Origin: Monocercomonoides exilis PA203
Lineage: Eukaryota; Protista; Preaxostyla
Length of the DNA: 64,000 nt
Assembly: GCA_001643675.2 (NCBI GenBank)
Contig: LSRY02000004.1
Coordinates: 1,860,001-1,924,000 of the forward strand
Reading direction: 5' to 3'
In this document: piece after piece, positions 1 through 8,829 of the stretch
Layout of the letters: every line of letters begins with the position of its first letter
Numbering within the stretch: position 1 is the first letter of the stretch
Program-made: the position numbers and the translations under genes
Notes under the pieces: model-generated
The model's database searches: none
What the model saw: only the letters and a program-made list of their open reading frames with translations
Told to the model about the DNA's origin: nothing

Positions 1-759
1 TTGGAACAATACAAGAATTCAATTTACGTAGTTAAATGTGCGAATGGTTAGCAAAGATAAAAATAAATATTAATAAAACACGCCCAAAAGAAAAGACAAC
101 ATAATATGTGAGTGCAAATAATTTTTTTTATAACATCAACAACGCTAAGGGAAAAGGTGATAGGCAGAATTATTCTCCATTGTATTTGCCTTTAAAAAAA
201 TTACAATCCAAAATTTATTGAAAATTAATATGCAAAAAGGAAAAAAAAAAAAAAGAAAAAGAAAAAGAAAATACACACAAATAATAATAATATTATTAAT
301 AAATAAATAAATAAATAAATAAATAATAATAATATTTATGAACAATGCAGATAAACAAATGTATTCGAAGATATGCCTACAAATAAACAAAGGGTGACAG
401 TACTCAAGATAAGGGAAGGAAATGAAAAAGAATTAATGAAATTACAATGCGAATAACAGAAAATAAAATTTGTGAATGATTTTCTTCAGATATATGAAAG
501 CAATAAGTTGAAAAAGAGAATGAGCAAATCAAAGCATTCTCGTTTCGGCTTTTCTAAATCAATTTGATGCGAGATGAATAAAGCACTAATGAAGAAAGAT
601 CGAAGAGACAGAACTATTTCAATTCTTTTTGTGTATGCTGAAAGAATACCAAACTTTTCATGTTTCATTACACAAACAAAGCAATATGAGACATCTGGCT
701 ACGTGTTTGCAATTTCGTGTCATCCTCTCAAAAGATTTCAATCGACAAATAAATCGCTT

Positions 760-3700
760 TCAGCTTTCTCCTTTTATGGCTGATGCGTTTGTCATAATCT
801 TTGTTTCATAATCGAATTCAACTTTAGCTGCGATATCTACCTCACACTCACTCTTGTCAAACAAACAATTCTCAGACTCCTTTCGAACTGAACAGTCCGA
901 GTTCGATGGAAGCTGCGCTTCTGAATGTATCTGCTTCATCGAATGAGGAGATGGACCAGTCGCCTCATTTGTATCATTACTCACACCCCCACTTTCTGAT
1001 AAGCAGCCAGTTGATGAAGCTTTGTCACTTTCTTCTGCTAATTCATGAGTGACTTCTTTTACTGATGAGTCACCAGATACAGCCATCATCGCAGCTGTCT
1101 TCTGATTTTTCTTCTTCTTTTTCATGTTTTCCTTTGCCACAGACAGCATAAGCACCAGCCTGTTGATCTGGTTGACTTCTGTCCCGCTGGTGTCAAAATC
1201 AATCGCCACAATGTTCGTTCCTGGGTATCTCTCCCTCATCTGCTTCATGAACCCTCTGCCTGTGATGTGGTTAGGAAGACAGCCCCACGGCTGAAGCACA
1301 ACAATGTTGCTGCAGCCGAAGTGCTCCACCAGCTCCACCATCTCCGCCACCAGCAGCCAGCCTTCCCCCCAAATCATCATCGGAGAGCAATGCGGCTTCA
1401 TCATCGCAAACAGCTCCTCCCCCGTCGCAAACGGCAGGAAGCGCGACTCTTTCCTTCTGAACAGCGTGTTGATCGGAGAAAGCAGGCGCTGGTAGTACAG
1501 CAGCATCGCCTTGTTCCACACAACACCCTTGAAGTCCTTCTTGAACTCGTCGTTGAGCCCCAGATCGTCGGCCGAGCAGTAGCCCAGAAAGTCCATCATC
1601 CCGAAGCACACCACCTCTGCCCCCAGCATCTCCAGCCTGTCCACAATGAAGTTGTTCAGCGACGGCCGCATCTGCACCCCAATCTCGCCCACAATGCCAA
1701 CCAGCGGCTTCCTCTCCATCTCCCTCAGTGGCAGCTCCTGGAACCTGTTGATGGCCTTCTTGCACCACTTGCAGTAGGCGTCGTAGTCTGTAGACTTCGC
1801 TAGCAGGCGATAGCCTTCTTCCATCATCTCCAAGCACAGGCTGTTTGCGGAGTCCCTCACTGCCTCATACGGACGAGTGCGTAACAAAAGACGCTGCAGC
1901 AGATCGCCCATCACAAAGGCGAAAGCAGCATCAATCAGAACCAACGGTGTAATGGGGAAGCCTGGGTGCTTGGCGTTCAGCTTGGAGGAAGAGGCGAAGG
2001 GAATGACTGGAGCAGAAGGAGCACCCAAATCTCGAAGGGCTCTGCGAAGAGAGGAGAGATAGTTAGGTGCACGGCAGGCTGACCCAGTTTGAGTGATCAG
2101 AAAGGCACAGCGATGGATGTCAAATAGAGGGCGATGATGGCACTTGATGTTATTATAATTATTACTGTTATTGGAAGAGGTAGAATCAAATGTATCAGTA
2201 TGTGATGATGGCTTTGTTGGAGTTGATAATGCAGAATCAGAAGAAGATGATGATGGCGATGATAAAGGTGACAGGGAAGGTGTCAATGAAATAGAAGGAG
2301 AAGGTGTTGGTGTTGGTGAAGCAGATGATGAGAGCGAAGCAACTGCTCCAACAGAAGCCGACTTTGACGAAAGAGGCGTGACAGAGTGCAGAAAGAGGCC
2401 AAGGAAATGGTGTGCTGGGATGCACAGGTCGTTGTGGAGCAAAGAGAGAGAGGTCTCATACACCTCAGAGGGGCTGCCGATGGGCAGAGAGTAGCGGCAG
2501 AGCACTTCCTTGTTCCCTTTGGGAAGCCACTCAGGCGGGGTGGTCTCAGGAATGAAGGCGTGGTATCCTCTGCGGCGCAAAATGGCGAGCAGAAACGGGT
2601 TGGAGAACGAGGACATGGTTGGAGTGATCACCACGTGTGTCTTCTTCATCGTCTCTGTGAAGAGCGGAGTCACAAACATCTCACTCCCACTCGATGGAGA
2701 TGCAAGTGGCAGACACGTGCTCGATGGATGAAGGGCTGGCTCGCTGCCTGTCGTCTTCACTGCACTGGAAGAGGAAGAGGAAGAAGAAGAAGAAGAATTA
2801 TGCAATTCGTCTGCTTCAGAGCAGCACGAGCCATCTTCCGTCGCAGACGAAATTCCCGCAGATGGCTCGAGTGTCTTTGCATTCTCTTCTTCTCTGCTCT
2901 TTCTGTGCAATGCGACGTTCTCAGCTGAAGTGCAGGTGGTGGCAGCGAAACAGCTAATGCATCGATCGGGTGTGCAGACATCCATCGACTCAATGTCGAA
3001 GGCACTCATCAGACTTAATGCGTTCTGCGCAGATAAAGATTTCTTGGGAATGGAGGAAGGGGACGGGGTGGAAGAAGAAGAAGAGGTGGTGGTGGTGGTG
3101 GGAATAGAAGAAGAAGAAGAAGATGATGATGAAGTTGTTGTTGCAGAAGCATTCACATTATCCGAATGAAGAGTTATGACTTTAGCTTCATTTCTTTCCT
3201 TCATCTTTTTCGTCTTCTTTCTTTCTTTCTCTTCTTTCTCCTTCGCCTTCTGCTTTGCTTCTTCATACAGCAAAACTCTCTTCTCCACATCCTTCACCTC
3301 CTTCTCTCTCAGTTTCTCTGATTCTTCAATCAGCTTGTTGATCCTTTTCTCTTCTGTATGCAGCTCCTCTTTCCTCTTCTTTGTCAGCACAGCCACATCT
3401 TTCTCGCTCAAGGCAGATTGCATCCCGTTTCTCACAAACTCACTGTACCGCTCTTCTTCTGTTGGCAGCTTCTGTTTGTACATCACAGAAGGAAGGGCTG
3501 AAGAGGAAGAGGAAGACGAAGATAATGTTAATGAATCACTTGATGAATTCTTTTCATTGTGTGTAGAAGAAGGAACAGAAGTTGTGGACAATGGATCCAT
3601 TGCAGGGAATGTAGAAGAGATGTTAGTTTGCTGAGAGAGAAGAGGAGGAGAGGGAGAGTCAGCATTTGCTGTGTCCACAACAATAGAGGATGTATTAGAA

Positions 3701-6700
3701 GAAAGAGGAGAAAGAAGAGAAGAGGATGAGGAAGGCGATTCTTCACTGGGAGAACAAGGTTTGACATCAGAGGAAGAAGGAGACAAAGCATTCGACGAAG
3801 AAGAAGAGACCAGAAAAGCAGAAGTTGAGAGAGAAATGTTGTCAGCAGCAGAGAGAGAAGGAGAAGGAGAAGGAGAGGCAAGTGGGTTTGGTGAGCACGT
3901 CTGAGCATTTTGTGCAGTTGGTGAAAGCGACGGTGTAGGCGACATGACAGGCAGATTTCCGCTGGGCGGGTCAGAATTGCGAGAGATGGATGTGGCTGTG
4001 TCGTCGATGGAAGAGGTGGAGCATTCAGAGGATGTGTCTGAGGATGGGTCAGTATAATCATGGGATGCCATTGCATTGACAGGAGAAGGTTTGATCGGGG
4101 CATAATATGAGTCAGGAATAGTTATGTGGTTCTTCCCTTCCTTTTTGGTTTCTTTGGCTTTGTGTGGTTTAAAGCCTGCTATTTGTGTGTCTCCATCTAT
4201 GCTGCCTTTCCCCATCATTCCTTGTTTCCTTTCTTGTTCGCTCTCCTTCTGCCTCTTCTCCCACTCCTTCTGCTCTTTCTCCTCTTTCTCAGCCACTGCA
4301 GCAAGCAGTGATCTTAACCTGATTCTGACTGCGCCAAGATTTCCTATCTCATCAATCTTTATCTGAGTATAATCCTTCCCATGTGCATGCAAGATCTCGC
4401 TCACTTGATCCGTCGTGATTGCATCTTGTCCACAGCCAAAGGAGACCAGCTGGACAAAATGGAGGCGATCGTGCAGGGGTTCAGACAATGTGTTGTTGTG
4501 ACTTGCATCAGAACTTCTGCTGCTGACTGATGCAACTGAAGAGCAGCTGTTCATGTTAACAAGCGCTATCTCTCTTTCCGCTTCTTCTCTGATACGCTCA
4601 ATCAGCTTCTTCATCTCGTCTTTTGTGATCATCTCTTCTGGCTGGATGCTCATTTCATCTGCAGCTGAGCTGTCAGCTTCGCTTTGCTCTGTATTCTTAT
4701 TGCCCTTTGTTGCCTTCTTTTTCATCTCCTTTCTCTCCTTCATCTCCTTCTTCATCCTCTTCGACTCGTAATACTCCTCTTTCACATGCTGCACTTTTGC
4801 ATCTGCCAGTACATCCACCATCGCCTCGTGTTGCCTCGCCACAAACGCAGCTGCCTGATACAGTCTCGTGTGGAAATAAACTGGATCCAAAACTCTCAGC
4901 GGCCGCTGCAGATACGCTCTGCCTCTCTCGCTGATGCTGTCTTCACTCAGCACCACACAGCCCAGTGATTGTACAAGCCCAGCCATTCCGTGTGAGATCT
5001 CTCTATCGATGTGATAAGGCCGTCCAGCCAGTACAACGCCATGAATGGATGGATGCTCTGCCAGAAAGCATAGCGCTCGCTCTCCTTCTCTCGCAATGTC
5101 TGCACGGCACAAGTCCCACGCAGCATATGCCTCGCTCAGCGCTGCTGCCATTTCGCTCTTCTTTACAGGTCTTGGAGAAGAAGACGTTGAAGAAGACGAT
5201 GAAGATGAAGACTTCTGCTCTGATTCACTGTTAGCAGAAGGCAATCGAGACAGCGTTGGTGCTAAATGCTGCATGCATCTATCGAGCATCTCGTCTGGCT
5301 GATGCACAGGAAGGAAAGGGTTGATGCACTCCACATCATCAGGCAGATCCAAGTTGCGTGGCAGAATGTCTGGATATAAAGACACCACAGGGCAGTGCGC
5401 AACATTCGTCGAGCGATGGCCTTCAGTCCGTGTGAACAGAACGCCCGGGTAGAAAATGCGTTTGCAGTGCTTCTTCTGGATGAGGTCGAGCACGTGTCCA
5501 TGGATCAGTTTGGCTGGGTAGCACATCGTGTCTGACGGGATGGTGTCTGCGCCTGACTTGTACAGCTCTGCAGTTGACAGTCCGCTGAGCTCGACTCGCA
5601 CGCCCAGGCTGGTAAACAGAGTGAACCAGAAGGGATACTCGTCATACATGTTCAGCACACGAGGAATGCCAATCACTCCTCGTGTGGCTGAGGCAGATGG
5701 CAATGGTTTGTAGTAAGAGAAGATACGGCGTTGTTTGAAATCATGTAGATTTGGTAGAGAATTCACTTTGATTGGCGTAAGAACTGTTGATGCAATTGAT
5801 AGAGAAGGCAGCAGTGTCAGTTTATGTTGTGCACAATCATCAGCAGCATTCGCTCCTTTCTTTGCAGAAGAAGACGTCAAAGATAGCAGCAAACTCTTTG
5901 AGTGTTCCATTTTTTGATCTTTCTCAATCTTTTCCGCCCACAACACTGTTGATCCAACTGTTTTGCCTGCTCCTCTTTCGCATCTGTTGCCTGAAATGTG
6001 CTGTCTGCCATCAGAAAAGCAGTTGATGGTCAGAAGACAATTGTTAAGACAACCTCCACATCTGCGTGTGGTGACTGTCGATGTGAAAGTGGATAGAAGC
6101 GAAGGAGGAAGAAGCGAAGAGCGATAAGGCATGCACGACAGTTCAAAAGGAGTGAGAGTCTCAATGTCAGGAACAGAATGAGATGATGCAGAAGCTGAAG
6201 ACGAAGCCTGCTCCTTTTTTGCAGCTGCAAGCATAGCGTCTCGTATCTTCAGCCTTTCGTCGTCTTCCCCTCTTCTTCTGGATCGTGTGCTGCTGTTGTA
6301 TTTGTCTCGTGCTATCAGCGCCATTCCAAAAGCGCCCATCATTGCGGCGATGTCAGGCCTCACCACTTCTCTTCCAATCACTCTTTCCAGCGACCTCAGC
6401 ACTGCATCATTCAGAAATGTTCCTCCTTGCACCACCACATTCGCCCCAAGCTCTGCAATGTTCTTGATCCGCATCACTTTGAACAGCGCGTTCTTCACCA
6501 CAGACAGTGCCAGCCCTGCCGAGATATCTGCAAGCGATGCACCTTCCCGCTGCACCTGCTTCACCCTGCTGTTCATAAACACAGTGCACCGTGACCCCAA
6601 ATCGACAGGGCATCTCGAAGACAAGCCAGCATCGGCAAAGTCCCCCACACTCATGTGGACTGAGTGCGCAAACGTCTCTAGGAAGGAGCCACAGCCAGAG

Positions 6701-8547
6701 GAGCATGCTTCATTCAGAACAATACGGTCAATTGCACCATCTTTAATAAACAGGCATTTCATGTCCTGTCCTCCAATGTCAAGAAGAAAGTCAACTTTAG
6801 GCACAAAATGACGTGCAGCTCGAAAATGTGCAACTGTTTCGACTTCTCCATCGTCCACGCACAACGCTGTCTGAATAAGCTGCTCGCCATATCCAGTCAC
6901 TCCACTGCGGCACAAAATAAAACGAGGCGAATCAAAATCTTCTGATTCTTCGTCTGATTCATCTCCTCTCTCTTCACCTTCCGAGTTTTTGTGCAGTTCC
7001 GATTTTCTTTCTGATTCCACTTCCTTTTCGATTCGTTCCATCTCAGCGCAAACAGCCCTCACTCCAGCTGTGCAGCTTTGCAGCGGCTGGCCTTTATTCG
7101 AGCCGTATGAAGTCCACAGCACTTCTCCGCCAATTCCCATCAAAAGCACTTTTGTTGTGGTCGATCCAACATCCATCCCCAGAAACACTGGTGCCACTGG
7201 ATGAGTTGGTGGAGCAAGTTCATCAGCTTCACTCCCTAAAATTGTTTCGCTTGAAGCTGAGTTTGACATGTTAGAATCGTCGTTCGCTGAAACATTTGTT
7301 GTTTCTTTCTTTTTAGGTTCGATTTTTCGTGCAACACGCAGTAAATACTCTTTTAGTCCGTCTTTTGCAGCCGAGCATCGACTATGGCGTTCTCTGAATG
7401 CTTCATATTCTTCTTTAGAAGCAAATAGCGGTTCAAACCGTGGCTTTTCAACTGTTAATTCCAAATGTCCATGAAGTCTGTGGCAGATTGAATCCCAAGT
7501 TGTCCTATGTGTTTCTTTTGATGAAGCCAAAGCTGCATCATGAACTGGGAAAAGATGTGATGCCTGACTTATATTAGAAGTTAATGAAGAATTTGCATGT
7601 TCGTATTCTTCAATTGCAGTTTCTCGCGCAGTGAGAGCTGCACCAATAGCTACAAAATAAAGAGAATCTTGTGGGAAAACTACATCTTTTTCTTCATCAA
7701 GATGTAATGTCTTTGAAAAAGAATGTCTCAATTCCGAAAGAAAAGTGAGTGGTCCTCCCAAATAAGCAACTTTTCCTTTAATTGGCCTACCGCAAGCAAG
7801 CCCTGCAATTGTCTGCATAACAACTGCATTAAATACCGATGCAGAAATGTCAGTTTTTGATGCTCCATCGTTTATTAAGGCCTGAACATCTGTTTTTGCA
7901 AACACTCCGCAGCGAGATGCAATCGGATAAATAGTCGTATGTTGAGATGCTAGTTCGTTCATGAGCGCGGCACCGCTTTTTCCTTGCTTCTGCCCCTCTT
8001 CATCCAATCGAAGAAGAGTTACCATTTGATCGATAAATGCACCAGTGCCTCCAGCACACATACCATTCATCCTCTGTTCAGTTTCTCCACTCTTTCCGAA
8101 ATACGTTATTTTTCCGTCTTCACCTCCTAGTTCTATAGCTACATCCACATGATTCAATCGATGCTTTATTGCTTTTGTGCAAGAAATAACTTCTTGAGTG
8201 AAGGGAACATTGAGCGCTTGTGCAAGCCCAATTCCCCCACTTCCAGAAATTCCAAGATTAATAATTTCATCAGATGATCGTGCGCCCGAAGTGTGAAATG
8301 AATTGCATTCATCCTGAAAAGAATCTTCATTCAATGAAGAACTATCGCTGTTCGGAGACACGCTTCCTCCATAAAAAATCACACTATTTGCTTCATCAAG
8401 AAGTTTTGTTACCGCTGTTTTTATATCAGAAAGATGGCGTTCATATCTTTTGAATATTAACCGATAATCAGGGTCGAGTATAACAAGCTTTACGGTAGTC
8501 GAACCAATATCAAGACCAACTGAAAGAGATGTTTTTGGCGTTTGCAT
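760..8547 (-). CDS. Fused 2-hydroxyacyl-CoA dehydratase activator (two BadF/BadG/BcrA/BcrD ATPase domains) plus DUF2229/HGD-D-like dehydratase domains; about 2595 aa, intronless
   Basis: Motifs GLDIGSTTVK, IELGGEDGK, MNGMCAGGTGAF, IASRCGVFAK; second copy GMDVGSTTTK, LDIGGQDMK, LNEACSSGCGSF, LGSRCTVF; then CGGCLNNC..SGNRCE, GIPRVLNMY, CYPAKLIHGH, LAGRPYH, SFGCGQD, VGIVGEI, GEGWLL, QPWGCLPNH. First ATG is at 8547 (the track start is GTG). Confidence 0.9.
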   Translation of the reverse strand: MQTPKTSLSVGLDIGSTTVKLVILDPDYRLIFKRYERHLSDIKTAVTKLLDEANSVIFYGGSVSPNSDSSSLNEDSFQDECNSFHTSGARSSDEIINLGISGSGGIGLAQALNVPFTQEVISCTKAIKHRLNHVDVAIELGGEDGKITYFGKSGETEQRMNGMCAGGTGAFIDQMVTLLRLDEEGQKQGKSGAALMNELASQHTTIYPIASRCGVFAKTDVQALINDGASKTDISASVFNAVVMQTIAGLACGRPIKGKVAYLGGPLTFLSELRHSFSKTLHLDEEKDVVFPQDSLYFVAIGAALTARETAIEEYEHANSSLTSNISQASHLFPVHDAALASSKETHRTTWDSICHRLHGHLELTVEKPRFEPLFASKEEYEAFRERHSRCSAAKDGLKEYLLRVARKIEPKKKETTNVSANDDSNMSNSASSETILGSEADELAPPTHPVAPVFLGMDVGSTTTKVLLMGIGGEVLWTSYGSNKGQPLQSCTAGVRAVCAEMERIEKEVESERKSELHKNSEGEERGDESDEESEDFDSPRFILCRSGVTGYGEQLIQTALCVDDGEVETVAHFRAARHFVPKVDFLLDIGGQDMKCLFIKDGAIDRIVLNEACSSGCGSFLETFAHSVHMSVGDFADAGLSSRCPVDLGSRCTVFMNSRVKQVQREGASLADISAGLALSVVKNALFKVMRIKNIAELGANVVVQGGTFLNDAVLRSLERVIGREVVRPDIAAMMGAFGMALIARDKYNSSTRSRRRGEDDERLKIRDAMLAAAKKEQASSSASASSHSVPDIETLTPFELSCMPYRSSLLPPSLLSTFTSTVTTRRCGGCLNNCLLTINCFSDGRQHISGNRCERGAGKTVGSTVLWAEKIEKDQKMEHSKSLLLSLTSSSAKKGANAADDCAQHKLTLLPSLSIASTVLTPIKVNSLPNLHDFKQRRIFSYYKPLPSASATRGVIGIPRVLNMYDEYPFWFTLFTSLGVRVELSGLSTAELYKSGADTIPSDTMCYPAKLIHGHVLDLIQKKHCKRIFYPGVLFTRTEGHRSTNVAHCPVVSLYPDILPRNLDLPDDVECINPFLPVHQPDEMLDRCMQHLAPTLSRLPSANSESEQKSSSSSSSSTSSSPRPVKKSEMAAALSEAYAAWDLCRADIAREGERALCFLAEHPSIHGVVLAGRPYHIDREISHGMAGLVQSLGCVVLSEDSISERGRAYLQRPLRVLDPVYFHTRLYQAAAFVARQHEAMVDVLADAKVQHVKEEYYESKRMKKEMKERKEMKKKATKGNKNTEQSEADSSAADEMSIQPEEMITKDEMKKLIERIREEAEREIALVNMNSCSSVASVSSRSSDASHNNTLSEPLHDRLHFVQLVSFGCGQDAITTDQVSEILHAHGKDYTQIKIDEIGNLGAVRIRLRSLLAAVAEKEEKEQKEWEKRQKESEQERKQGMMGKGSIDGDTQIAGFKPHKAKETKKEGKNHITIPDSYYAPIKPSPVNAMASHDYTDPSSDTSSECSTSSIDDTATSISRNSDPPSGNLPVMSPTPSLSPTAQNAQTCSPNPLASPSPSPSLSAADNISLSTSAFLVSSSSSNALSPSSSDVKPCSPSEESPSSSSSLLSPLSSNTSSIVVDTANADSPSPPLLSQQTNISSTFPAMDPLSTTSVPSSTHNEKNSSSDSLTLSSSSSSSSALPSVMYKQKLPTEEERYSEFVRNGMQSALSEKDVAVLTKKRKEELHTEEKRINKLIEESEKLREKEVKDVEKRVLLYEEAKQKAKEKEEKERKKTKKMKERNEAKVITLHSDNVNASATTTSSSSSSSSSIPTTTTTSSSSSTPSPSSIPKKSLSAQNALSLMSAFDIESMDVCTPDRCISCFAATTCTSAENVALHRKSREEENAKTLEPSAGISSATEDGSCCSEADELHNSSSSSSSSSSSAVKTTGSEPALHPSSTCLPLASPSSGSEMFVTPLFTETMKKTHVVITPTMSSFSNPFLLAILRRRGYHAFIPETTPPEWLPKGNKEVLCRYSLPIGSPSEVYETSLSLLHNDLCIPAHHFLGLFLHSVTPLSSKSASVGAVASLSSSASPTPTPSPSISLTPSLSPLSSPSSSSSDSALSTPTKPSSHTDTFDSTSSNNSNNYNNIKCHHRPLFDIHRCAFLITQTGSACRAPNYLSSLRRALRDLGAPSAPVIPFASSSKLNAKHPGFPITPLVLIDAAFAFVMGDLLQRLLLRTRPYEAVRDSANSLCLEMMEEGYRLLAKSTDYDAYCKWCKKAINRFQELPLREMERKPLVGIVGEIGVQMRPSLNNFIVDRLEMLGAEVVCFGMMDFLGYCSADDLGLNDEFKKDFKGVVWNKAMLLYYQRLLSPINTLFRRKESRFLPFATGEELFAMMKPHCSPMMIWGEGWLLVAEMVELVEHFGCSNIVVLQPWGCLPNHITGRGFMKQMRERYPGTNIVAIDFDTSGTEVNQINRLVLMLSVAKENMKKKKKNQKTAAMMAVSGDSSVKEVTHELAEESDKASSTGCLSESGGVSNDTNEATGPSPHSMKQIHSEAQLPSNSDCSVRKESENCLFDKSECEVDIAAKVEFDYETKIMTNASAIKGES

Positions 8548-8829
8548 TTCAATTATCCCTTGGATGCAAATCCACAAAAAAGAAAAATAACCGGAAATAA
8601 CTTACCCATTTTTTAATTATCATCATTTTGCGATAAAAATAAATTATTCCCATTTAACATAAAATTCATATCTAAATCAATTATACAAAATTCTGAATAA
8701 AGCTTTTGTTTTTTAATCCGTAATACGCCAATTAGAATAAAAACAAATTAAATTCTCAATAAGGAAGAAAACGGATAAAAAAATATTCACAATAATAAGC
8801 TTTAATGAATATTACTTAGATTCATGGTC

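Noticed and set aside
145-700. Short ORFs in the AT-rich start of the window
   Set aside because: Low-complexity intergenic or UTR sequence
760-8547. Bacterial contamination as the source of the dehydratase gene
   Set aside because: It is contiguous with intron-containing genes and carries the same host-type low-complexity inserts
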